This document shows positions 29,009 through 39,471 of a DNA stretch of 64,000 nucleotides, in pieces (positions within the stretch are counted from its first letter, which is position 1; each line of letters opens with the position of its first letter). The stretch lies in the NCBI GenBank assembly GCA_035307765.1, contig DATGHU010000034.1:127417-191416 (forward strand). The letters are read 5' to 3'. The notes below the pieces were generated by a model. That model saw only the letters and a list, made by a program, of their open reading frames with translations. It was not told the origin of the DNA and did no database searches. The translations under genes were made by a program, and so were the position numbers. Source of the stretch: a bacterium (GTDB taxonomy: Bacteria > Sysuimicrobiota > Sysuimicrobiia > Sysuimicrobiales > Segetimicrobiaceae).

Positions 29009-29734
29009 ATGGCGCGTGTCGCGTTGCTTACGGGCTTCGAACCCTTCGGCGGGCAGGAGGTCAACCCCAGCGGGCGGATCGCCGAGGCCGTTGCGGATCA
29101 ACAAATCGCGGGCCTCACCATTCGGGTGGGGGTCCTGCCGGTGATCCGGTCCGTCGCGGGGGACCGCGTCGCCGAGCTGATCGAGCGCCACCGACCGGTG
29201 GCGGTGGTGTGCTTCGGGCAAGGGAGCCCCCGCCAGACCATGCTGCGAATCGAACGGTTGGCGGCGAACATCCGCGACTACCCGATTCCCGACAACGCGG
29301 GCCACCGCCCCTCGGGGGAATCGGTCGTCGCGGGCGCACCAACGGCCTACTTCGCAACGCTGCCCGTCGCGGTGATTCGGGATCGCGTACGCGCGGCGGG
29401 CGTCCCGTGCCGCCTCTCGAATTCCGCGGGGACCTTCCTTTGCAACGAAGTCCTCTTCACCACGCTACACCTTCTCGCCGGCCGGAGCCCATCGACCCCT
29501 GCCGGGTTCGTGCACGTCCCACTCCTGCCGGAGCAGGTGGCTCGACTCGATCGACCGGGCCCCTCGATGGCGCTGGAGACGATGCTCCGTGGAGCGCGGG
29601 CCATCCTCGAGACGGTGGCCGACCTCGTGGCCCATCCGAGAGGCAGGAGCACCGCCCTCTCGTCGCCTCCGCGTGGTGGCGTTCCTCCCGCGAACAAGAA
29701 TGGGCTCACCGGGGGCCGCGGGCGCCGCCGGTAA
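29009..29734 (+). CDS. pcp: pyroglutamyl-peptidase I
   Basis: MARVALLTGFEPFGG start; catalytic Cys context (NSAGTFLCNEVLF) and His (FVHVP). Confidence 0.85.
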   Translation: MARVALLTGFEPFGGQEVNPSGRIAEAVADQQIAGLTIRVGVLPVIRSVAGDRVAELIERHRPVAVVCFGQGSPRQTMLRIERLAANIRDYPIPDNAGHRPSGESVVAGAPTAYFATLPVAVIRDRVRAAGVPCRLSNSAGTFLCNEVLFTTLHLLAGRSPSTPAGFVHVPLLPEQVARLDRPGPSMALETMLRGARAILETVADLVAHPRGRSTALSSPPRGGVPPANKNGLTGGRGRRR

Positions 29735-29854
29735 CCGCCCCGCGGCTGCCGGATGAGAAGCGGTGGCCGACGCGAGCTGAGATTCAGGACGGGCGGACCT
29801 CCCACTCGGGGATCCGATCGATCACGGCAATGTGACGGGCTCGGGCGCGATCCG

Positions 29855-30850
29855 CTACAAGGAGCGGCGGGCGCGCGCGGACGCACCATGGAAGACCAGC
29901 GCCGCGGCGCCAACGATCCCGACATCGTCCCCGAGGTCCGCGGGCACTACCCGAACCTGTAGCGCCGGTTTGGGGTAGACGCGTGCGGCGATAGCCGCGT
30001 GCAGCGGCCGGAAGAGCAAATCGCCGGTCTTGCTCACGCCGCCGCCAACGATGATCACGGCCGGGTTGAGAATCGCGAGCAGATTGCTGAGAAAGGTGCC
30101 GATGTAGGTCCCGGCGCGGCGGTAGAGTTCCAGGGCCAGCGGGTCCCCGCCGACCGCCGCATCCGCAACGGACTGAGCGGTAATCTCCTCGGGGTGGGCC
30201 GCAAGATTCTGGAGGGTGGTCCGGTCCCCACGAGCCACGGCTTCGCGCGCCTGCCGGGCGATCGCCGTGCCCGAGGCGAGAGCCTCGAGGCATCCGCGGT
30301 TGCCGCAGTGACACCGCGGACCCTCCGGGTCGACGATGATGTGGCCGAACTCACCCGCCGTCCCGTCGGCCCCCCGGTACAGTTGCCCGTCCAGAATCAC
30401 CCCGCCGCCAATCCCCGTCGAAACCGTAATATAAACGAGATCCCGCACCCCTTGCCCGGCGCCCACCCACGCCTCGCCGAGCGCTGCGGCGTTGGCGTCG
30501 TTCTCCACAAAGACCGGAGTTCCAAGTGTTCGAGCGAGCATCGGCCCGAAGGCGGTCTGTTGCCCCCACCCGGTCAGGTTCGGGGGATCGTAGATCACAC
30601 CGTGGTCATGGTCGGTGGGCCCGGGCACCGCGACCCCGACCCCACGTGTCCCCGTCACCCCGGTGACGCCGGAAAGCTCCCGGGCGAGAGCCCCGATCGC
30701 CAGGGCGACCGCGTCGGGGCCCCCCCGCGGGGTGACGATCCGTTTGCGGGCCAGCACCCGCCCGTCGCGATCCACGATCCCCACCAGGAGCTTCGTGCCT
30801 CCGAGATCGACCGCGAGCGCAAACCCGGCCGCAGCGCCGCCCACGTTCAA
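29855..30850 (-). CDS. ROK family sugar kinase (glucokinase-like)
   Basis: LAVDLGGTKLLVGIV; ROK zinc motif GHIIVDPEGPRCHCGNRGCLEALASG. Confidence 0.85.
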   Translation of the reverse strand: MNVGGAAAGFALAVDLGGTKLLVGIVDRDGRVLARKRIVTPRGGPDAVALAIGALARELSGVTGVTGTRGVGVAVPGPTDHDHGVIYDPPNLTGWGQQTAFGPMLARTLGTPVFVENDANAAALGEAWVGAGQGVRDLVYITVSTGIGGGVILDGQLYRGADGTAGEFGHIIVDPEGPRCHCGNRGCLEALASGTAIARQAREAVARGDRTTLQNLAAHPEEITAQSVADAAVGGDPLALELYRRAGTYIGTFLSNLLAILNPAVIIVGGGVSKTGDLLFRPLHAAIAARVYPKPALQVRVVPADLGDDVGIVGAAALVFHGASARARRSL

Positions 30851-31239
30851 CCGCCTATACGCAAGTGGGCAGATCTACGAGCGCCCGAAGGTATCATCGC
30901 GCCCCCCGGCCGGATCGCATCGAACGCGAACTGCCGGGCCTCCAGCATCGGCTCAAAGTACCGCTTTTGTCGATTGGTGGCCGTGCCGATGATCATCGTG
31001 CGCTCCAGCTCGCTCCCGTAGCCACCAATCCCGGTGCCAATCTCGGTGACGAGCACGTTGCCGACACGAAGCACCACAACGGTCGTCAGCGGATGCGGGA
31101 TCGCCGAATCCCTTCGAACCTGACCCCGGAAACGGTGAGGCAGTCCTCGTAGGCCCAGCCCAACAGAAACAGCCCCGCGAAATCCTGCCGACTCAGTTCC
31201 CCTCGGATCCGGATCTGGACCCCGTTCGAATTCGTCCAC
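30847..31239 (-). pseudogene. remnant of an M24-family metallopeptidase (aminopeptidase P / prolidase-like)
   Basis: 130-aa ORF contains the central M24 motif (GYGSELERTMIIGTATNRQKRYFEPMLEARQFAFDAIRPG) but lacks the N-terminal domain and the C-terminal His/Glu metal ligands. Confidence 0.4.
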
Positions 31240-31562
31240 GCTGAGCAGCTACGGCTTTCGCGCCGCGCCTTCCCGAGGGGCGATCCACGCGACCCACAGG
31301 TTCGGCGCAGCACCTCACGCCTCCCCCCAAGAGCCCGATGGTTCGGGGTGATCAAAGCGGGCGAGGCAGGATGGGTATCCGACCGGCGCGCACTCGGGAG
31401 CCAATCGGGCTCCCCGACCCGCCAATGATCGCCTCACGGCGTGTGGCGCGCCCCAGTGCATCTTAAGATTTCCAATGGCCCGTGGCACCCACCCTTCGCC
31501 GGCGCCGCGGCAGGGGCGCCATCGCGTCGAGGCGAAGGGGACCTGCAACAGGGGGGCTCTCC

Positions 31563-32438
31563 ATGGGACTGTATTCGGTGATCGCCGTTGTCGTCGTTCT
31601 TGCGCTCATACTGCGCAGCGGGATAAGGATCGTCCGCGAGTACCAGCGGCTGGTCGTGTTCCGCCTTGGACGCAGCTTCGGCCCAAAGGGACCCGGGGTC
31701 GTCTACCTGATCCCGATCGTCGACCGGGCGGTTTTGGTCGACCTGCGCGAGGTGTTCTTGGAGATTCCCGCGCAGACATGCATCACCAAAGACAACGCGC
31801 CGATCTCGATCGATTTCCTCATCTACTGGAAGGTCATCGATCCCCAGCTCAGCGTCATCAAGGTGGGCAACTTCGCCGGCGCAGCGCAGGGGATTGCGAC
31901 AACCGGCCTGCGTGCCGTCATCGGCGACATCATCCTCGACGACGTGCTGGCGAAGCGTGATCAAATCAACCAGGTCCTGCGTGCCAAACTGGATGAGGTG
32001 ACCGAGCGCTGGGGCGTCAAGGTAACGACCGTGGAAATCCGCGAGATTACCCCGCCCAAGGACGTCCAGGACGCGATGACACGGCAGATGTCGGCGGAGC
32101 GGAGCCGTCGGGCGCTGGTCACGGAGGCGGACGGCAAGAAGCAGGCCGCGATCACGATCGCCGAGGGGGAAAAGCAGGCGGCGATCTTAAAGGCGGAGGG
32201 CGACCGGCAGGCGGCGGTCCTCCGAGCGGAGGGGTTCGCGCTCGCGCTCGACAAGATCTTCACCATCGCGAAGACGGTGGACACGAATACGATGAGCCTC
32301 CAATACCTGGAGGCGCTCAAGGCGCTGGGGGCGGGGCCGGCGACGAAATTCATCTTCCCGATGGAGTTCACCCGGCTGCTCCAGCCGTTCCTCGACTACG
32401 CCGGACGATCGTTCACGTCCTCGCCGAAACCGCCGTAG
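31563..32438 (+). CDS. SPFH/band-7 (stomatin/prohibitin-like) membrane protein
   Basis: N-terminal TM (MGLYSVIAVVVVLALIL), SPFH core, C-terminal coiled-coil EA-repeat region. Confidence 0.85.
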   Translation: MGLYSVIAVVVVLALILRSGIRIVREYQRLVVFRLGRSFGPKGPGVVYLIPIVDRAVLVDLREVFLEIPAQTCITKDNAPISIDFLIYWKVIDPQLSVIKVGNFAGAAQGIATTGLRAVIGDIILDDVLAKRDQINQVLRAKLDEVTERWGVKVTTVEIREITPPKDVQDAMTRQMSAERSRRALVTEADGKKQAAITIAEGEKQAAILKAEGDRQAAVLRAEGFALALDKIFTIAKTVDTNTMSLQYLEALKALGAGPATKFIFPMEFTRLLQPFLDYAGRSFTSSPKPP

Positions 32439-32455
32439 CGAAACCCCTTAAAAAC

Positions 32456-32489
32456 GGGCGGGCCCCGGCCAGTTCCGCGGGGCCCGCCC
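32456..32489. terminator. intrinsic terminator hairpin between convergent SPFH and pepE genes
   Basis: Perfect 12-bp GC stem (GGGCGGGCCCCG / CGGGGCCCGCCC) with 10-nt loop; U-tract (GTTTTTAAGGGGTTT) on the minus-strand side. Confidence 0.55.
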
Positions 32490-32611
32490 GGACCATCCAG
32501 TTCGCTCTGAAGACGTGAGATCGAGAAAATAAGGCGGTGCCGCTGGTCTCCCCGGACCTCCGGGGATGTCATCGACAGGCACGGACGTTGCGAAGTCAGT
32601 GTGCGGTTACA

Positions 32612-33316
32612 TCACTCCAGATAGCGTGGGACCAGTTCAACTTCGCGCACCCCCTCGGCCGCATGCTCCACGCGCCAGGCGCGGGCCGCGGAACGGGATG
32701 CGACGATCTCGAAAAGATCCGTGCCCCGGTAGACGAGCGCCACGCCGTCATCGACCCCGAACCCGGGTGGAATGGCACCCTCGGCCACCGCACGCTGGAA
32801 GGCCGCCCGCCGATCCTTCTCTCCGTCATGGTGGGGACAGAAGCTACCGGCGATCAACCCAAGACCATCGCGCAGCGGCCGAAGCGGTCTTCCGAAAGAA
32901 TCTGTCAGTCCCGCTTCAAACCAGCACAGCGCTCCGGCGCTGACGCCGCACAGGATGGTTCCTCGTTCCCACGCCTCACGAAAAATGGCATCGAGGCCAG
33001 TGAGTCGCCAGATCGCCAGCAGGTAAGCGGTCGCGCCGCCTCCGACATAGACGATATCCTGGTCAAGAATGAACTGACGCAGGTCCTGGACGTTCCGATG
33101 AAACAGTCGCAAATGCGACGGTAAGCAGCGGTCAATGGTGTAGGCTTCGTAGAAGCGGACGATATAATTGTCCGAATCGCCGCTCGCCGTCGGCACAAAA
33201 CAGATCTTCGGCAGCGGTGTGCGCGCGAGTGACAGAATGTAGCGGTCGAGGCGGGGATTCTCGGGCTCCGTGCTGAAGCCGCCCCCCCCTAGAGCCACGA
33301 TGCAGGATTCTGTCAT
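32612..33316 (-). CDS. pepE: peptidase E / S51 family dipeptidase
   Basis: MTESCIVALGGGGF start; S51 active-site region (ILCGVSAGALCW). Confidence 0.75.
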   Translation of the reverse strand: MTESCIVALGGGGFSTEPENPRLDRYILSLARTPLPKICFVPTASGDSDNYIVRFYEAYTIDRCLPSHLRLFHRNVQDLRQFILDQDIVYVGGGATAYLLAIWRLTGLDAIFREAWERGTILCGVSAGALCWFEAGLTDSFGRPLRPLRDGLGLIAGSFCPHHDGEKDRRAAFQRAVAEGAIPPGFGVDDGVALVYRGTDLFEIVASRSAARAWRVEHAAEGVREVELVPRYLE

Positions 33317-33511
33317 CGTCGCCTGCCTACCGTTCTCGCTCGGCATTGCCCGCGGATCAGTCAGCGGCGTCTCGGCCATAGCACGGCGATGGACCTCGCG
33401 CGCGCGAAACGACCTGCCAAGATGCGCCGGGGGCCGAAATCCTGGAGCGGATTTGGGGGGGCGGCATACAAGGCGGGTCGACAGATTGGACCCAGATCGC
33501 CCCGCGAGATC

Positions 33512-34612
<1,101 letters not shown>

Positions 34613-34729
34613 GTTGCACCCCCGGCGGCGGCCCAGTCTCTGCGCGGTTGCCCCGCGCCCAGTGAGTTGCCGCCACCGCCTGGGCTCTACGACACGGCGC
34701 CCTGCCTCCCCTTCCTCTCCACGCCCGGA

Positions 34730-35812
34730 TCAGGCATCGGCGGGGGCACCCGGACGCAGCGGCCGGCTCGTCCCCGCTTCCGCCTCCCGCTTCATCGCGT
34801 ACAGGCGGCTGTCGGCAACCTGAAGGAGCCGCTCCCAATCCTCCGCGTCGATCGGCCAGGAAGCGATCCCCCAGGAGAAGCTGACGTGCGCCCGGGTCCC
34901 CGCCCCATCCGGGATCAGGATTTCGAGGTGCCGGAGCCGGCTCAGCACCTCTTCTGCCTTGGCGGAGGGGGTTTCGGGGAACATCAGGACGAACTCGTCT
35001 CCCCCGAACCGCGCCGCGAGGTCGGAGCCCCGAATCGCCTGCGTCAGGATCTCCCCTACCTGGACGAGCACCGTATCGCCCACCGTGTGCCCATAGACGT
35101 CGTTGACCAGCTTGAAGCGATTCAGATCGAGCAGCGCCATGCTCAGTTCATATCCCGCCCGCCGGCTCCGTTCTAATTCCGCCTCGAGCCGATCCAGAAA
35201 GCAGCGCCGGTTGGCCAACCCGGTCAGGGCATCGGTCGCCGCCAGTTCCTTCATCCGCTCGTGCAAACGTGCCACCTCAACCGCGCCGGCGAGATACCGA
35301 GCGACAACGGTCAGCAGGTGCAGTTCCGCTTCCGTGAACGCCCCGGCCGTGGCCCGGTAGGCACTCAGCACCCCAATCGGGCGGCCGTGAACCATCAGCG
35401 GGGCGTAAATTGCCGACCGGAGGATCGGGTCCAGTCGGTGGGTGCGGGGGTCGGCGTGCATGTCGGGCACGATCAGCGGGGCGCCGGTGTCCATGACCAC
35501 CCAGAGCAGACCCTGGCCGCGCCAGAACTCCTTCCCGTGAAAGCTGTCGCGCAACCCGGAAGTGGCCCGGACCCTCAGGATCTCCGGGTTGCGGACGTCC
35601 AGCAGGGAGACCGCGCACGAGTCGAACCTCGTCTCCTCGCGGAGGGCCTGCATCACATCCGCGAGCAGGTCGGACAGGCTGAGCACTGCGGTAAACTCCG
35701 TGGCCAGCCGCGCCAAAAAGGCCAGCGCCTCATTCGAATCCCGCACCACGGCGTGACCCTCCGGCTGGGGCGGGGCGTCCCCCGGTCCGCGCGATCCCTT
35801 GTCCGCGGTCAT
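34730..35812 (-). CDS. GAF domain-containing diguanylate cyclase (GGDEF)
   Basis: N-terminal GAF; C-terminal GGDEF with intact RFGGDEF motif. Confidence 0.85.
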   Translation of the reverse strand: MTADKGSRGPGDAPPQPEGHAVVRDSNEALAFLARLATEFTAVLSLSDLLADVMQALREETRFDSCAVSLLDVRNPEILRVRATSGLRDSFHGKEFWRGQGLLWVVMDTGAPLIVPDMHADPRTHRLDPILRSAIYAPLMVHGRPIGVLSAYRATAGAFTEAELHLLTVVARYLAGAVEVARLHERMKELAATDALTGLANRRCFLDRLEAELERSRRAGYELSMALLDLNRFKLVNDVYGHTVGDTVLVQVGEILTQAIRGSDLAARFGGDEFVLMFPETPSAKAEEVLSRLRHLEILIPDGAGTRAHVSFSWGIASWPIDAEDWERLLQVADSRLYAMKREAEAGTSRPLRPGAPADA

Positions 35813-37494
35813 GCGCGATTCCCCTGTAGGACCTTCACCCGGTCAATGACCTGACAGAACACGTCGACGATCCGCGGATCGAACCGAGTGCCGGCGCATC
35901 CCCGCAACTCCGCGATGGCCTCCTCGTGCGATTGGGCCTGCTTATAGGGCCGGTCATCGGTGATGGCACTGTAGGTGTCGACGACGGCGAGGATGCGCGC
36001 CCCCAGGGGGATGTCCTCTCCCTCCACGCCGTCCGGATACCCCGATCCGTCCCAGCGCTCTTGGTGGTGGCGCACGATCCTTGCGACCCCGTGCATCCGC
36101 TCTGTCGGCGCGAGGATCCCCTCGCCCACGACCGGGTGCTGTCGCATCACGATTTGCTCCGAGGCCGTCAGCGGACCGGACTTCCTCAGGATCTCATCGG
36201 GCACCCCGATCTTGCCGATGTCATGGAGAAGGGCTCCCCAGCGAACGTCCCGAATCTCGTCGTCTCCGCATCCCAGCCCCCGGGCCACGGCCTCCGCCAG
36301 GTGGGCGATGCGTTCGCTGTGGCCCGCGGTGTAACTGTCCCGGGCGTCCATCGTCCGGGCCAGCGCCAGCACCATCTGAAGGTAGGACTGTTCAAGATTC
36401 TGGTAGAGCCGGGCGCGGCGAATCGCCGTCCCCCCGACCTCGGCAATCCCATCGAGGAGGCGCACCTCCGCGTCGGTGAAGGGCCGGGTGCCGGGGCTGC
36501 GCTTGCGGCCGAGCCCCAACGTGCCGATTGTCTCCCGCTCCGACCGAACCGGGACGATTACGATGGGGCCCACGGCCAGGAACGGCGAGGGGTCGAACCC
36601 GGGGATGGACGCCGCGGTCGCGAAGTCGTCCGTGATGTAGGCCGCACCGGTCTGGACGGCGCGCCCGAACGGGCTCCCGGCAACCGAAAATGTCCCCCCC
36701 GCCTGCTCGAACACCTTGCCCACCGCGCAAACCCGGATCAGGGTTTGGCCGTCGGCCAGGAGGGCGAGGGTGCCGTGATCGGCCTGCAGCAGTTGCATGG
36801 CCTGCGCAACGAGGATGGGGTACATCTCGTCCGCGTTGCGCGCAGCCCGCAGGCGCCGGCTGAGGTCGTAAAACGCCTCGAGCTCGGCCGTCCGCTGCGC
36901 CTGGGCCTGGTCGAGGAGTCCACCCCACCAGGTCCGCTCGACGGTGGTCCGATACTCCTGCGCCGCCATGTCCAGCACGAGGGCGAGGAAGAATCCCCCG
37001 GCGATGAAGGCGCCGAGCCGGAAGCCCGTCGTTTCGAGCGCGGCCCCCTGCCCCGCGCGCAGCCAGAGGATGATGATCATCCCGGCCATGGCCATCGACG
37101 AGGCCAGGGCCTGCCTGAGGTTCAACCTGGCGACGGCCTCAAGAATGGTCAGATAGTAGAGGTACAGAAATGGGCTGCCGAGCCCCCCGGAGATGACCAC
37201 CACCACGGTGACCACGATGATGTCGAGGGCGATGATCAGATCCGCCTTCCTCAGCAGGGCGATCCACTGCGGACCGACCGCGAGCATGATGACATATCCG
37301 CCGAGGAGCATCACGATGGCGGTAACCGCGGGGTGGGTGACTCGGATCACCTCAAACCAGAGCGCCGGGATCAGCGACAGCAGGACCAGAACCCGGACAA
37401 GGCTGATCCACTCTTCGCCCGTGCGGGCCCCGAGCCTGACCGGCGGAGGGGAAGCCGGCAGCAGGGAAGCATCGACTTCAATCCGTGTGGACAC
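35809..37494 (-). CDS. membrane-anchored GAF domain HD-GYP phosphodiesterase
   Basis: ~190-aa polytopic N-terminus, central GAF, C-terminal HD-GYP (HDIGKIGVPDEIL ... HHQERWDGSGYPDG); ATGA overlap with the downstream GGDEF gene. Confidence 0.85.
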   Translation of the reverse strand: MSTRIEVDASLLPASPPPVRLGARTGEEWISLVRVLVLLSLIPALWFEVIRVTHPAVTAIVMLLGGYVIMLAVGPQWIALLRKADLIIALDIIVVTVVVVISGGLGSPFLYLYYLTILEAVARLNLRQALASSMAMAGMIIILWLRAGQGAALETTGFRLGAFIAGGFFLALVLDMAAQEYRTTVERTWWGGLLDQAQAQRTAELEAFYDLSRRLRAARNADEMYPILVAQAMQLLQADHGTLALLADGQTLIRVCAVGKVFEQAGGTFSVAGSPFGRAVQTGAAYITDDFATAASIPGFDPSPFLAVGPIVIVPVRSERETIGTLGLGRKRSPGTRPFTDAEVRLLDGIAEVGGTAIRRARLYQNLEQSYLQMVLALARTMDARDSYTAGHSERIAHLAEAVARGLGCGDDEIRDVRWGALLHDIGKIGVPDEILRKSGPLTASEQIVMRQHPVVGEGILAPTERMHGVARIVRHHQERWDGSGYPDGVEGEDIPLGARILAVVDTYSAITDDRPYKQAQSHEEAIAELRGCAGTRFDPRIVDVFCQVIDRVKVLQGNRA

Positions 37495-37860
37495 CGCCGC
37501 GCATCCCTTCCCCGTTTCCGTATGGCATCCGCTCGCCGGGGCGGCCCGTCCGCCGGGTGCCGTGGACCCAAACCGTGGAAGGCGCTCTGAGGACGGGCAC
37601 GGACCGGCACGCCGCTCCCGACCGCCGCGGTTTGGCCGGCGTGCACGGCGTCATGCGCCGCCTCCGTTGTCGTTCGGGCCACAGTCTCCTGATGAGACAA
37701 ACTATGCCCATTTCGGGATGGGCCGAGACCTGAACGCCCCACCGCGGGCGGTGGGGCGGGCTGCAAACGGGCGCGCGGCGGGAAAAACCTGCCGGGAGAT
37801 GCGGAAATCCTCACGTCGTGGTCCTGACGTGAACGCCGCCGCGTCCGCCTCGAGGCCGGA

Positions 37861-38919
37861 TCAGCCGACCTGCCGCAACCCCTGCTTGATGGTGGTGATG
37901 ATCTCGATTGGAGTGGGATCGATGCCGCGAAGGCAGGCCAGGTAGACGCTGACGAGGTCGCCCGTGAGCACCAGTGAGAGCAATCTGGCGAGGCGGCCCG
38001 TCCCGTGTGCCCGCACTTGGTGGACGCCGGCGGCGGGACCGAACGCCAGATCACACGTCAACTCGATGCGTCGAAGTGAGCGCGGGTCCTCGGTGCCGTC
38101 CAGCAGCACGACGACGGCGAAGAGTGCCGCCAGTGCCGGCGGAGCTCCCCACCCGACCGTTTCATTATGGTTCAGCTCGGGAAACGCATTGCACGCCGCC
38201 AGCGTCTTGCTGTTCTCGTTGAACTGGCACTTCCAACGGCGTGCGGCGGCCTCGAGCCACGGGGAGGAGGCGTAGACGACCGGGATCCTCCCCGCCAACC
38301 GCTCCGCCAGCTCCTTGGCGGGGTTCCGGGCCGAAGGGACCTGGGGCCCGTTCTCCGCCGCCAACGTCTCCAGGACCGCGGCGGCGTCCTCCACTTCGGC
38401 GCCGCACGGCGCAACGAGACCCCAGCGCTCCAGCGCCGCGAGGATCGGGATCATGAGATATCCAAGCGCGGCGCGAGGGGCGAGGCCGCCCGGCACCACG
38501 ACACCGGCGCGGCGTGCGGTCTCCTCCAGCGTCCCCCCGGACGTGACGGCAAACAGCACGGCCCCGGCGCGTTCGGCCTGTGCGGCGGCCGCAAGGGTCT
38601 CCTCGGTCGTGCCGGAATAACTGGCCGCAATCACGATGGAGCGCCGGCCGACAAATGCGGGCAGGTCGTAGCCCCGGACCACGGTGACGGGCACGGGAAC
38701 CCGAGGCGCCAGGTATCCGCCGAGCAGGTCGCCGCCGATCGCCGATCCGCCCATCCCGCAGACAACGAGGTGCTCCGTACGGTCGGGCAGCACGGGAAGC
38801 GGGGCCGCGGAGCCGAGGCGCCACGCCTCGCGAATCTGTCGGGGCAGTCCAAGGACGCACTCGAGCATTCCCGACGGGTCACAGGCCCGCAACCGTGCGG
38901 GGGCGTCGAGCGCCGACAT
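37861..38919 (-). CDS. bifunctional phosphoglucose/phosphomannose isomerase (SIS domain, PGI/PMI family)
   Basis: Start MSALDAPARL at 38919 (first 210 codons of the long ORF are Arg/Pro-rich and unlikely coding); SIS motif VVCGMGGSAIGGDL. Confidence 0.7.
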   Translation of the reverse strand: MSALDAPARLRACDPSGMLECVLGLPRQIREAWRLGSAAPLPVLPDRTEHLVVCGMGGSAIGGDLLGGYLAPRVPVPVTVVRGYDLPAFVGRRSIVIAASYSGTTEETLAAAAQAERAGAVLFAVTSGGTLEETARRAGVVVPGGLAPRAALGYLMIPILAALERWGLVAPCGAEVEDAAAVLETLAAENGPQVPSARNPAKELAERLAGRIPVVYASSPWLEAAARRWKCQFNENSKTLAACNAFPELNHNETVGWGAPPALAALFAVVVLLDGTEDPRSLRRIELTCDLAFGPAAGVHQVRAHGTGRLARLLSLVLTGDLVSVYLACLRGIDPTPIEIITTIKQGLRQVG

Positions 38920-39063
38920 GTGTGAATCATTCGCCGGAGCGCGGCGCTCCCCCCCTCCTCCCCGAGAGATGCGCAGGGAGACCCATCCTGGAACCCGAAC
39001 CACACTCCCTGCCGACGCGGTTTCAATCCCGCGACGGAGCCGGAACAGGTGGGGGCATGATCC

Positions 39064-39471
39064 GTGCGGCCCAAGCAGACCGAAGAGCGGAACGGGCGGG
39101 AGCGGCCGCCGGATCGTCCGAGGCCGGGAGGGCGGTCGATCGACATTCACGGCCTCTTGACCAACCGGGAGTACATCAAGGTGACCGCGTACGTGCTGCC
39201 GCGCCGCACGAAGATCCGGGTCCTCGACATGATGGAACGGCTCAGGCAGCGTCGCCGGGCGCGCCCGCCGGCGGCCGAGGGCCGCCCCGGGCCGATCCCG
39301 GAGATGACCGGGGGCGAACTGGTGCGGGAAATCAACTGGCGGATCGGCACGCTCCCTCCGGAGGATGCGGAGGCCCTCGTCCGGTACCTCGGCCGCTTGA
39401 CCCGCTGGCGCCGGGGCCGGAGGGGGGGCACCGACCCTACCGCGCCCGGCGCACGCGGAGATCCCGGCTGA
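39064..39471 (+). CDS. hypothetical protein
   Basis: 135-aa ORF (GTG start) ending in an ATGA overlap with the GT4 gene start; basic, no recognisable domain. Confidence 0.3.
   Translation: MRPKQTEERNGRERPPDRPRPGGRSIDIHGLLTNREYIKVTAYVLPRRTKIRVLDMMERLRQRRRARPPAAEGRPGPIPEMTGGELVREINWRIGTLPPEDAEALVRYLGRLTRWRRGRRGGTDPTAPGARGDPG

Noticed and set aside
35926-37590. 554-aa plus-strand ORF antisense to the HD-GYP gene
   Set aside because: Antisense artefact of high GC.
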